Assembly: GCA_964453265.1 (NCBI GenBank)
Contig: CAYVNU010000001.1
Location: 117,331-181,330 of the forward strand
Length of the DNA: 64,000 nucleotides
Source of the DNA: an uncultured Candidatus Saccharibacteria bacterium
Lineage (GTDB): Bacteria; Patescibacteriota; Doudnabacteria; UBA920
Direction of reading: 5' to 3'
Shown: piece after piece, positions 28,591 to 36,306 of the stretch
Layout of the letters: the number at the start of each line of letters is the position of its first letter
How positions within the stretch are numbered: the first letter of the stretch is position 1
Position numbers and translations under genes: made by a program
The notes under the pieces: model-generated
What the model saw: the letters and a program-made list of their open reading frames with translations, nothing else
The model's database searches: none
What the model was told of the DNA's origin: nothing

Positions 28591-29286
28591 CTAATAGTTT
28601 CGGGAAGATAATGACAAATCTGAAATATGGTCTACACGAATTGGGTCGTTGGTCCAAAGGCCTATGGCATATTTAACGCCAATACTACTGCCCCAAGCAG
28701 CGGCTTTAGTGGTGACTAAGTTTACATAAGACTTGGTCTGCATTTGGCTTTTATGCGCCTGCATAGCGCGTATCCAAGTTTCGTAATTTTCGCTTACGTC
28801 TATAATTATGTCCGGCTTTTCACCCCATTCGGCGCGGGACGGATAAAAATATAATGTTCCAACTTTATGAACATCTAAAGTTTTTAATTCAGTTAAACCA
28901 CCATAGCGAGCAAGGCGGCAAGCAGCATGGGCAATTTGCGCCACAATATAGTGGTCAGGATGTTGGTTTATTTGCAATTCCGGAGCAAATACCATATCTG
29001 GTTTAAATTCCCGAATTATTTTGGCAATTTGAATTCTATTCTCGGCCGTGTTTTCTATGTGGCAGTCGCCGCCCATATTTAAAAATTCAACATTTGTAAC
29101 ACCGGAAATTTTCGCAGCATCTATGGCTTCTTGTTTTCTACTTTCGGGCGTGCCATTGCTTCCGGCTTCGCCTAAAGAGCAAATTACAAATTTAATTTCC
29201 GAACCGTTTTGAGTTTCTTTTGTAACTAGCCCACCAAGCCCGAATTCAATGTCGTCCGGGTGAGCGCCAATGCAAAGTAATTTCAT
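28591..29286 (-). CDS. bshB: PIG-L/LmbE-family N-acetylglucosaminyl deacetylase, BshB-like
   Basis: 'LCIGAHPDDIEFGLGG' and 'HPDH' zinc-binding motifs. It is translationally coupled to bshA, with a 1-nt gap. Confidence 0.75.
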   Translation of the reverse strand: MKLLCIGAHPDDIEFGLGGLVTKETQNGSEIKFVICSLGEAGSNGTPESRKQEAIDAAKISGVTNVEFLNMGGDCHIENTAENRIQIAKIIREFKPDMVFAPELQINQHPDHYIVAQIAHAACRLARYGGLTELKTLDVHKVGTLYFYPSRAEWGEKPDIIIDVSENYETWIRAMQAHKSQMQTKSYVNLVTTKAAAWGSSIGVKYAIGLWTNDPIRVDHISDLSLSSRNY

Positions 29287-29314
29287 AGAAATTTAAAGAT
29301 TTAAAATTTAAGAT

Positions 29315-30130
29315 TTAAAGATTAGGAATCCAAGCAAGTTCTTGGTCGTCAATCTGATCGCGCTTTATAAAGTTAACTTCCGGGAAGTCTTCCTTTTTTA
29401 AATAATCATATTCCGAGTTGCCGGTTATGTAGTGGGTTGCATGTATAACCGAGTTCATCCATTTAAAGCGGTGGTCGCGACCGGGGGTTTTTTGATTTTT
29501 GTTAACTTGCTGGTCGGGGAGTGTAATAAATTTGTCACCACCGGAATGAAGCTGAAAGCCTTCGGGGATTTTTTTAGCACGAACCATTTCGCCTTCGTAT
29601 GGGACGTCTGCATAGAATTCATTTTGCAAATCTTCTGCCGCCTCTCTGAAATTTTTGTCCGAAGACTTTATAACTTCTATACCGTCTAATATTCCTAATT
29701 TTTTATACATTTCTAGGCAAAAGTCCGCAACATTTGTAGGCTCTACAGATGTAAATAATTCTATCATATTTGCCCCCTCACCCCAACCCTCTCCCTCGAG
29801 GGGAGAGGGAGGAGAGAAAAATCTAGGTAATTGTTTTAAAATATCGCCTTTCCATGTGGTTGGAATGCGCTTTTCGTAAAGAGGGGAAAAGTTTTTTTGG
29901 ATTTTATTTTCCTGTAAAAAATTTAACCTCACCTCTGCGCCAGTATGTTTATCGCGCATTACAGTAATAGTTTCTCTATAGTCAGCATCGGAGTCGTGGT
30001 AAAACAAAACAATTTTGCCGCCAATTTCTTTTTGCAAATTGCGCGCGCTTTGTAACTTAGCGTAAAAAAACCGCTTTGGAAAAAACCCGTTGGGTTGTTG
30101 GCCTAGGGCAATAATAGGGGAATTAATCAT
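29315..30130 (-). CDS. Short protein with similarity to the N-terminal domain of BshC (putative), carrying an in-frame GC palindrome insertion
   Basis: 'IALGQQPNGFF...IVLFYHDSDADY' resembles the BshC N-terminal 'GGQQ...IFWVAGEDHD' region. At 271 aa it is half the length of BshC. The 'SPLEGEGWGEG' segment is encoded by the palindrome 29787-29809. Confidence 0.35.
   Translation of the reverse strand: MINSPIIALGQQPNGFFPKRFFYAKLQSARNLQKEIGGKIVLFYHDSDADYRETITVMRDKHTGAEVRLNFLQENKIQKNFSPLYEKRIPTTWKGDILKQLPRFFSPPSPLEGEGWGEGANMIELFTSVEPTNVADFCLEMYKKLGILDGIEVIKSSDKNFREAAEDLQNEFYADVPYEGEMVRAKKIPEGFQLHSGGDKFITLPDQQVNKNQKTPGRDHRFKWMNSVIHATHYITGNSEYDYLKKEDFPEVNFIKRDQIDDQELAWIPNL
29772..29816. repeat. In-frame GC palindrome ccctctccctcgaggggagaggg
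   Basis: A near-perfect 23-nt palindrome inside the bshC-like CDS. It encodes 'SPLEGEGWGEG'. Confidence 0.6.
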
Positions 30131-30168
30131 ACAGTAATTTTATCATTTATCTGCCATTACATCAATCC

Positions 30169-30198
30169 TTGACAAATACCCCAGGGGGGGTATACAAT
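30169..30198 (+). promoter_or_regulatory. Sigma70-like promoter (TTGACA ... TATACAAT) with GC-rich inverted repeat ATACCCCAGGGGGGGTAT in the spacer (candidate CsoR operator)
   Basis: -35 TTGACA at 30169 and -10 TATACA/TACAAT at 30191-30198. The spacer palindrome ATACC..GGTAT resembles CsoR-type operators. It lies upstream of csoR and divergent from the bsh genes. Confidence 0.45.
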
Positions 30199-30202
30199 CA
30201 GA

Positions 30203-30242
30203 ACAAGTAACAAGTAACAAGTAACAAGTAACAAGTAACAAG
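30203..30242. repeat. (ACAAGTA/GTAACA) x5 tandem hexamer repeat in csoR 5' UTR
   Basis: 'acaagtaacaagtaacaagtaacaagtaacaagtaacaag' lies between the predicted promoter and the csoR ATG. Confidence 0.6.
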
Positions 30243-30247
30243 AACAT

Positions 30248-30514
30248 ATGCAGGAACAATATAAGAAAAAGTTAATTAATCATTTAAACCGTATAGAAGG
30301 CCAGGTTAGGGGAATTAAGAAAATGGTTGAGGAAAATAAGTATTGCGTAGACATACTAACTCAGAGTTTGGCTGTGGATAATTCGCTTGAGAGTTTTAAC
30401 GCAGGACTTTTAGAAAACCATTTAACTGAGCATGTAGCTCATCAATTTATGCATGGACAGAGCAAAAAAGCGGTTAAGGAACTTTTAAAGGTTTATAAGT
30501 TGGCGAATAAGTAG
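30248..30514 (+). CDS. csoR: CsoR/RcnR-family metal-sensing transcriptional repressor
   Basis: 'RIEGQVRGIKKMVEENKYCVDILTQSLAV' is the DUF156 signature with the conserved Cys. There are His residues in 'NHLTEHVAH'. Confidence 0.75.
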   Translation: MQEQYKKKLINHLNRIEGQVRGIKKMVEENKYCVDILTQSLAVDNSLESFNAGLLENHLTEHVAHQFMHGQSKKAVKELLKVYKLANK

Positions 30515-30535
30515 GGGGAGTATGAGAGGGCTGTG

Positions 30536-30682
30536 TTCAATATTATTCGACCTTCCTCCAGAGGCGGATAAATGTGGAGAATAATATTGAGCATTTAAAT
30601 CAAAATTTTAGAGCCTGCCCTGAACGAAGTGAAGGGTTCTCCATAAAGTCGAACACTAAAATTTTGCTATTTCGTAATTCAA
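30536..30682. repeat. MITE-like repeat, copy D (longest version, between csoR and copA)
   Basis: Ends 'aatattattcgacc' ... 'gtcgaacactaaaattttgctatttcgtaattcaa'. Internal modules are shared with copies B, C and E. Confidence 0.7.
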
Positions 30683-30700
30683 AGCCTATAAATAAGCTTT

Positions 30701-33025
30701 ATGCATAATCAAACAAAACAATTCAATATTAAAGGAATGCATTGTGCTAGTTGCGGTGCGATTATTAAACGTACCTTGCAGAAGCAAGAGGGGGTAGAGG
30801 CGTGCGAAGTTAACTATGTCACAGAAACAGCAAAAATTAGTTTTGACGAAAGTAAAATTTCGCCCGAAACTATGTCAAAAAAAATAGAACCTTTAGGGTA
30901 CAGTTTTAGAATGCCAACTGAGCACAAAGGACATGTTATGCCGGACGGCAGCGTTATGTCTGGTATGGATCATAGCGAACATTTGGGACTTAATCAGACC
31001 AAAGAAGAAAAACTTCAGGAACTTAACGATCAAAAACAAAAAGTACAGTTTGTACTGCCCTTAGCCATTTTAGTTTTTGCTTTAATGCTTTGGGAAATTG
31101 CCGGGAATTTTTTTACAGTTTTGCCAAAGTTTTTTTTACCAATGGATTTATATAATGCTATTTTGTTAGTTTTAGCCACGCCGGTTTTGTTTTGGGCGGG
31201 TAAACAATTTTTAGTAGGCGTGTGGAGGTTTATAAAACATGGCGCTGCCAATATGGACACACTTGTAGGCCTTGGAACTTTAGTCGCTTTTGTGTACAGC
31301 GCGATTGTGGTTTTATTTCCATCGGTCAAAACAAAATTAAATTTGCCGGATTTGGTATTTTTTGACGTGACTATTGTGGTTATAGGATTTATTGTTTTGG
31401 GAAAATATTTGGAAATGCGCTCAAAACTTAAAACCGGAGAAGCTATTGAAAAACTTTTGAATTTGCAGGTCAAAACAGCGCTGGTTTTAGTAGACGGAAT
31501 AGAAGTAAAAAAAAATATTGAAGAGGTAAAAATTGGCGACTTAATAGTAGTAAAACCCGGGGGCAAGCTGCCGGTTGACGGAGTTATTGTAGAAGGCAAA
31601 ACATCAATTGACGAGTCTATGGTTAGCGGGGAGTCTATGCCGGTAAGTAAAACTGTGGGCGAAAAAGTTGTGGGGGGTACTATAAATAAGCAGGGAAGCT
31701 TTGTTTTTAGGGCGGAAAAAGTGGGTAGTGAAACTTTGCTCTCGCATATTATTAAAATGGTAGAAAGCGCGCAAGGCAGCAAGGCTCCCATAGAACAATT
31801 AGCTGACAAAATTTCCGCGGTATTTGTGCCGGTAGTTTTAGGCATTGCTTTGTTGTCTTTATTTTTGTGGCTGTTAGTAGCGCCTAACTATATGCCGTTT
31901 AACCAAGCTTTGTCTTTAGGTATTTTATGTTTTGTAAGCGTATTAATAATTGCTTGTCCGTGCGCTTTGGGGCTTGCCACGCCCACGGCTATTATAGCTG
32001 GTGTTGGTAAAGGCGCTTCTTTGGGCGTATTAATAAAAAACGCGGAAAGCTTACAGCTTTTAGCCGGAGTAAATACTTTGGTGGTGGATAAAACAGGGAC
32101 ATTAACAGAAGGTAAGCCGAGCGTTACTGACCTAGTAGTTACTAGTGACGGGTTACAAGTGACTAATGCGCTACAAATTGCGGCAAGTCTAGAAAAGAAA
32201 TCTGAGCACCCTTTAGCAGAGGCAATTGTTAGCAAAGCTAAGGAAGACAATTTAGAATTTTTAGAAGTAAAGGAGTTTGAAAATTTAGAAGGTAGGGGAG
32301 TTAAGGGTAAAATAAACGGGGAGGTATATTTTGTCGGTAGTCCAAAACTTTCCGAAGAATTAAATATAAAAATTCAAGCAGAAAAAATTAGCGCTTACAC
32401 AAAACAGGGAAAAACTCCGGCGTTTTTAATGTCTCAAACAGAAGTCTTAGCAATTTTAGCTATTGCGGACAAACCAAAAGACAACGCGGCTGTAAGTATA
32501 AAAAATTTACATGACTTAGGTATAAAAATTATTATGCTTAGCGGCGACAACAAACAAACTGCTGAGTTTATTGCAAAAAGTTTGGGCATAGACAATGTAA
32601 TTGCCGAAGTTATGCCGCAAGGGAAACTGCAAAAAATAATTGAACTTCAAAAAGAAGGCAAAGTTGTGGCAATGGCCGGGGACGGTATAAACGACGCTCC
32701 TGCGCTCGCGCAGGCCAACGTAGGCATTGCTATGGGTAGCGGAACAGACGTGGCCATAGAAACTGCCGACGTAACTTTGCTTAAGGGTGATATTGCAAAA
32801 ATTGCGGTTTCTATAAAATTAGCCAGGGCGACCATGTCTACTATAAAGCAGAATTTGTTTTGGGCATTTGGCTATAACATTATTGGTATTCCGCTTGCCG
32901 CCGGTTTGTTCTATCCGTTTTTTGGTTCGCTTTTAAATCCAGCTTTTGCCGGACTGGCTATGGCTTTTAGTTCGGTTATGGTAGTTAGTAATTCTTTAAG
33001 ACTAAAAAATAAAAAATTGATATAA
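30701..33025 (+). CDS. copA: Copper-translocating P1B-type ATPase CopA
   Basis: N-terminal HMA 'GMHCASCGAII', the TM 'CPC' motif 'ACPCALGLATP', 'DKTGTLTEGKP' and 'GDGINDAPAL'. Confidence 0.9.
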   Translation: MHNQTKQFNIKGMHCASCGAIIKRTLQKQEGVEACEVNYVTETAKISFDESKISPETMSKKIEPLGYSFRMPTEHKGHVMPDGSVMSGMDHSEHLGLNQTKEEKLQELNDQKQKVQFVLPLAILVFALMLWEIAGNFFTVLPKFFLPMDLYNAILLVLATPVLFWAGKQFLVGVWRFIKHGAANMDTLVGLGTLVAFVYSAIVVLFPSVKTKLNLPDLVFFDVTIVVIGFIVLGKYLEMRSKLKTGEAIEKLLNLQVKTALVLVDGIEVKKNIEEVKIGDLIVVKPGGKLPVDGVIVEGKTSIDESMVSGESMPVSKTVGEKVVGGTINKQGSFVFRAEKVGSETLLSHIIKMVESAQGSKAPIEQLADKISAVFVPVVLGIALLSLFLWLLVAPNYMPFNQALSLGILCFVSVLIIACPCALGLATPTAIIAGVGKGASLGVLIKNAESLQLLAGVNTLVVDKTGTLTEGKPSVTDLVVTSDGLQVTNALQIAASLEKKSEHPLAEAIVSKAKEDNLEFLEVKEFENLEGRGVKGKINGEVYFVGSPKLSEELNIKIQAEKISAYTKQGKTPAFLMSQTEVLAILAIADKPKDNAAVSIKNLHDLGIKIIMLSGDNKQTAEFIAKSLGIDNVIAEVMPQGKLQKIIELQKEGKVVAMAGDGINDAPALAQANVGIAMGSGTDVAIETADVTLLKGDIAKIAVSIKLARATMSTIKQNLFWAFGYNIIGIPLAAGLFYPFFGSLLNPAFAGLAMAFSSVMVVSNSLRLKNKKLI

Positions 33026-33050
33026 TAATTACTATATGACTTACGCGCTA

Positions 33051-33175
33051 GCCAAATAATACTGTTCGACCCCGTATCAAGTACGGGGCAGGCTCTTGTG
33101 GAGAACCTATTATTTGGCTTATAAATCAACGGAAAAAATGCCTTCTCCATAAAGTCGAAGGATATTTTTTCTTCC
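33051..33175. repeat. MITE-like repeat, copy B with terminal inverted repeats gccaaataat/attatttggc
   Basis: 'gccaaataatactgttcgacc-ccgtatcaagtacgggg-caggctcttgtggagaacctattatttggc', followed by 'ttctccataaagtcgaagg' as in copy D. Confidence 0.7.
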
Positions 33176-33206
33176 AAAACTACCGAATATGTAAGTCCTG
33201 TACTAT

Positions 33207-34238
33207 ATGGAAAATGCATCAACCAGTTTTATTGCAGTATTTTTAACCGGACTTTTAACCGGAGGTTTAACTTGTTTGGCCGTACAAGGTGGCCTGTTAG
33301 CCGCGACTATTGCCGAGCGCGAACAAGAAAGGCTAAAAGAAAAAACTACGAAAGGCGCGGCGCGGCCAATTTTGGCATTTTTAATTGCCAAATTAATTGC
33401 CTACAGTATTTTAGGTTTATTTTTAGGTTGGCTTGGTTCAGTAATGCAGCTATCTTTAAGTTGGCAGCTTATTTTACAGTTTTCTGTAGCGATTTTTATG
33501 GTTGGAACAGCGCTTAATTTGCTTAATGTGCACCCGTTCTTTCGCCATTTTGCAATTCAGCCCCCTCGTTTTTTAACCAGGCTTATAAAAAATCAAACTA
33601 AGAGTAAAGACATTTTTGCGCCCGCGCTTTTAGGCGCGTTTACGGTATTTATACCTTGCGGTACAACACAGGCATTTATGGCTTTGGCTATTGCCTCGGG
33701 CAGTCCACTTAGAGGACTTGCTATTATGTACGCTTTTATTTTAGGCACCATGCCAGTGTTTTTTGTTTTGGGTTATACCGCCACCAAGCTTGGAGATTTT
33801 TGGCACAAAAAGTTTATGAGAGTCGCGGCTTTTGCAATAATTATTTTAGCACTATTTAACACTAATAACGCTATTGCTTTAACCGGCAGCCGCTGGACTT
33901 TTGGTAATACTGTGAAGGCAGGATTTTGCTCAATAGCCTATTGCGACAAAGAAGAAGTTGTGGCAGCACAAGGAGAGGACTTAAATATAAGCATTGAATC
34001 CTCCGGTTATAGCCCAAAAAATTTAAGTGTTAAAGCGGGAAGCACCGTTAAACTGCATTTAAAAAATATAGACAACTATTCCTGCGCCCAAGCTTTTACC
34101 ATTCCTTCTTTAAGGCTCCAGAAAATTGTCCCGCCTGGAGAGGAAGCAGTATTAGAGTTTACTGCACCCAAAGAGAAAGGGCAGTTAGCTTTTATGTGCA
34201 GTATGGGAATGTACAGAGGAGTTATAGATGTTAATTAA
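33207..34238 (+). CDS. Polytopic membrane protein with C-terminal cupredoxin-like domain (putative copper-binding)
   Basis: 6-8 TM helices followed by a ~100-aa beta-rich domain ('KLHLKNIDNYSCAQAF...FMCSMGMYRGVIDV') with Cys/His/Met spacing like a cupredoxin. It lies between copA and copZ. Confidence 0.5.
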   Translation: MENASTSFIAVFLTGLLTGGLTCLAVQGGLLAATIAEREQERLKEKTTKGAARPILAFLIAKLIAYSILGLFLGWLGSVMQLSLSWQLILQFSVAIFMVGTALNLLNVHPFFRHFAIQPPRFLTRLIKNQTKSKDIFAPALLGAFTVFIPCGTTQAFMALAIASGSPLRGLAIMYAFILGTMPVFFVLGYTATKLGDFWHKKFMRVAAFAIIILALFNTNNAIALTGSRWTFGNTVKAGFCSIAYCDKEEVVAAQGEDLNISIESSGYSPKNLSVKAGSTVKLHLKNIDNYSCAQAFTIPSLRLQKIVPPGEEAVLEFTAPKEKGQLAFMCSMGMYRGVIDVN

Positions 34239-34262
34239 AATAATGATACACATTTTGTTTAT

Positions 34263-34472
34263 ATGATTACCACACAAATTTTTAAAATTTCCGGTATGCA
34301 TTGCACTTCTTGCGCCATGACTATAGATATGGACTTAGAAGATTTAGACGGAGTAGAGGAAGCAAGGACAAATTATGCCAAACAATTTTCTGAAGTAAAA
34401 TTTGAAACAGAAAAAGTCAGCCCGGAAAAAATTATCGAGACAATAAAGAAGACTGGTTATGAAGTTGTTTAA
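34263..34472 (+). CDS. copZ: Copper chaperone CopZ (HMA domain)
   Basis: 'GMHCTSCAMTI' MxCxxC motif in a 69-aa protein. Confidence 0.8.
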   Translation: MITTQIFKISGMHCTSCAMTIDMDLEDLDGVEEARTNYAKQFSEVKFETEKVSPEKIIETIKKTGYEVV

Positions 34473-34495
34473 AATATAATTATAAAAGTAAAATT

Positions 34496-34810
34496 ATGTC
34501 TGACAGCAAAGTTTTAGAACCTTTTGCTACAATTCTAAGTACTGTTTTGCATAGCAATGTTATGTCTATGGGTTGGAGACACGAACTCGCAGAGTGGGAG
34601 AGAAAAGGTAAAAATGAAATTTTAATAAAGACTCAATGGGCAGAAGCCGCATTGGAAAATTCTATGCCCGTAGAAATTTTTACAAGTCTTTCCGGTTATA
34701 ATGTTGGCACAGAAGAAAAAATGCGAGAGTGGCTTTGTTATACCTTTGAACAATATTATGGAAGGCCTCCGGAACCTAGGGATTACAAAAAAACTGAAGG
34801 CTTATTATAA
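34496..34810 (+). CDS. Hypothetical protein
   Basis: 104-aa ORF with no motif. Confidence 0.35.
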   Translation: MSDSKVLEPFATILSTVLHSNVMSMGWRHELAEWERKGKNEILIKTQWAEAALENSMPVEIFTSLSGYNVGTEEKMREWLCYTFEQYYGRPPEPRDYKKTEGLL

Positions 34811-34854
34811 GCTTTCAGTTTTATTTTAAGCAAATGGTGTTTATAGAATGATGA

Positions 34855-35289
34855 TTAATGTTTTTCGGTCAGTAAACACGCGCCGTTAATGCAGAATCTT
34901 TTTCCTGTTGTCTCGCTCGGACCGTCATCGAAAACATGTCCAAGATGCGAGCCGCATTTAGCACAGGTCACTTCGGTTCGGCTCACTTGCCCGCCGAAGC
35001 CTTGGCGAAGGAGGGTGCCGTATTCATCATCTTTTTTTAATTCCACAGCTCCTGGCAAAGCTTGGTCAAAACTAGGCCAACCGGTGCCACTTTCAAATTT
35101 AGCGTCGCCCTTAAAAAGCACGTTGCCGCAAACTGCGCAGGTAAAATCCATATTTTTGTCGTTCATTTCTAAGAGAGGACTGGTAAAAGGTTTTTCAGTT
35201 CCTTTTTCGCGTAAAATTTTGTATTGCTCGGGAGTAAGACGCTGCTTTAAATCTTCCTCATCGATTTGAATTTTTTGGTTGTTAGTCAT
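34855..35289 (-). CDS. msrB: Peptide methionine (R)-S-oxide reductase MsrB (zinc-binding) with in-frame repeat insertion
   Basis: Two CxxC pairs ('CAVCGN', 'CAKCGS'), 'GWPSF' and 'HLGHVFDDGP'. The segment 'TLLRQGFGGQVS' is encoded by GC-rich repeat 34986-35020. Confidence 0.85.
   Translation of the reverse strand: MTNNQKIQIDEEDLKQRLTPEQYKILREKGTEKPFTSPLLEMNDKNMDFTCAVCGNVLFKGDAKFESGTGWPSFDQALPGAVELKKDDEYGTLLRQGFGGQVSRTEVTCAKCGSHLGHVFDDGPSETTGKRFCINGACLLTEKH
34986..35020. repeat. GC-rich family-2 repeat inserted in frame in msrB
   Basis: 'cttgcccgccgaagccttggcgaaggagggtgccg' lies inside an otherwise AT-rich conserved gene and encodes a 12-aa loop insertion. Confidence 0.65.
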
Positions 35290-35396
35290 TGTAATTTTTT
35301 CAAGATATTAAGATATTAAGATATTAGATATTGGGATATTTCCTAGCGTTTTTCTAGTATCCTAATATCCAATATCTATTAATATCTTTCTTAGTT

Positions 35397-35903
35397 TTAC
35401 ATCCCAAGAGTTTCGTCCGCGCTTGGACCGTAAATGGAAGGCACTTTGCCGCCGGCCATTCGAATATAGACCGAGAACTGGCCGCGGTGGTGTACGCTGT
35501 CCATATGCATTGCCCAAATGGCGTCTATGGCGCGCATTTCGCCCGGACCCATTTTTACCATTTTATTTAAAGTTTCTTCACTGGCATTTTCTATAGCCTC
35601 GTCTGCCAGTTTATGATTTTTTTCAAACAGGCTTATTGCTTCTTCCATGGAGGAAGTAGAATGGGGAGGAAGCTTGGAAAAATCTATTGTGCCTTCTAAG
35701 GCTTGCATATTAATTAGTTGTTCAACGGCTAAAGTTTCTACTAACTCTTTGGCAGAGCGAGAACGTTCATGGGGCTTAAAATCTGCTTTGTCAGTAGGGA
35801 AGGCTTTAATTACTTTTAAGCTAATAGGGTATTCTCTGGTTCTTACTGTCATAAGCATTTGTTTTTCGTTCACCCCGTTAGATTTTGTTGTGTCGTTTGT
35901 CAT
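35397..35903 (-). CDS. DinB_2-family protein (paralog of 10422-10916)
   Basis: 'SVHHRGQFSVYIRMAGGKVPSIYGPSADE' is nearly identical to the C-terminus of the 10.4-kb paralog. Confidence 0.6.
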   Translation of the reverse strand: MTNDTTKSNGVNEKQMLMTVRTREYPISLKVIKAFPTDKADFKPHERSRSAKELVETLAVEQLINMQALEGTIDFSKLPPHSTSSMEEAISLFEKNHKLADEAIENASEETLNKMVKMGPGEMRAIDAIWAMHMDSVHHRGQFSVYIRMAGGKVPSIYGPSADETLGM

Positions 35904-36002
35904 ATGATTGTTGTTATAAACCCTATTAATTTACTTAATTCATTTTTTCAAAGTAAATAAATCTAAAGGGGTTCATAGTATGCCTTTCTATTACTTTTAA
36001 TT

Positions 36003-36110
36003 CCGAAACGAAAATATTGTTCGACCTTGTGGAGAACAAGATTGAGTATTTAAACCAAAATTTTAGGTTCTCGACAAGTTCGAACACTAAAATTTTTTCG
36101 TTTCGTTATT
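36003..36110. repeat. MITE-like repeat, copy C (complete, with TIRs cgaaacgaaaat.../...attttttcgtttcg)
   Basis: 'ccgaaacgaaaatattgttcgaccttgtggagaac...ggttctcgacaagttcgaacactaaaattttttcgtttcg'. The two ends are reverse complements of each other. Confidence 0.75.
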
Positions 36111-36306
36111 CAAGGTTCGGTTAGTAGTTTAGATATAAATTGTAACATTTTTTTGACAAAAGAAAAACTTCGTACAACACGAAGTTTTTCTTTTGGTATA
36201 TTTATGTTTAGAGTCGCGAGGAGCGTAGTTCTATTTTATGATGTTCGCTTTGCAGTTATCTTTTAACGGCGGTGAGTGGTGGGAACAGGAGCGGCGACAT
36301 TAATTA

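Noticed and set aside
31030-33222. Several ORFs antisense to copA (31030-31845, 31888-32250, 32647-32835, 32911-33222)
   Set aside because: They lie inside the strongly supported copA gene and are low-complexity Ser/Thr/Pro-rich translations.
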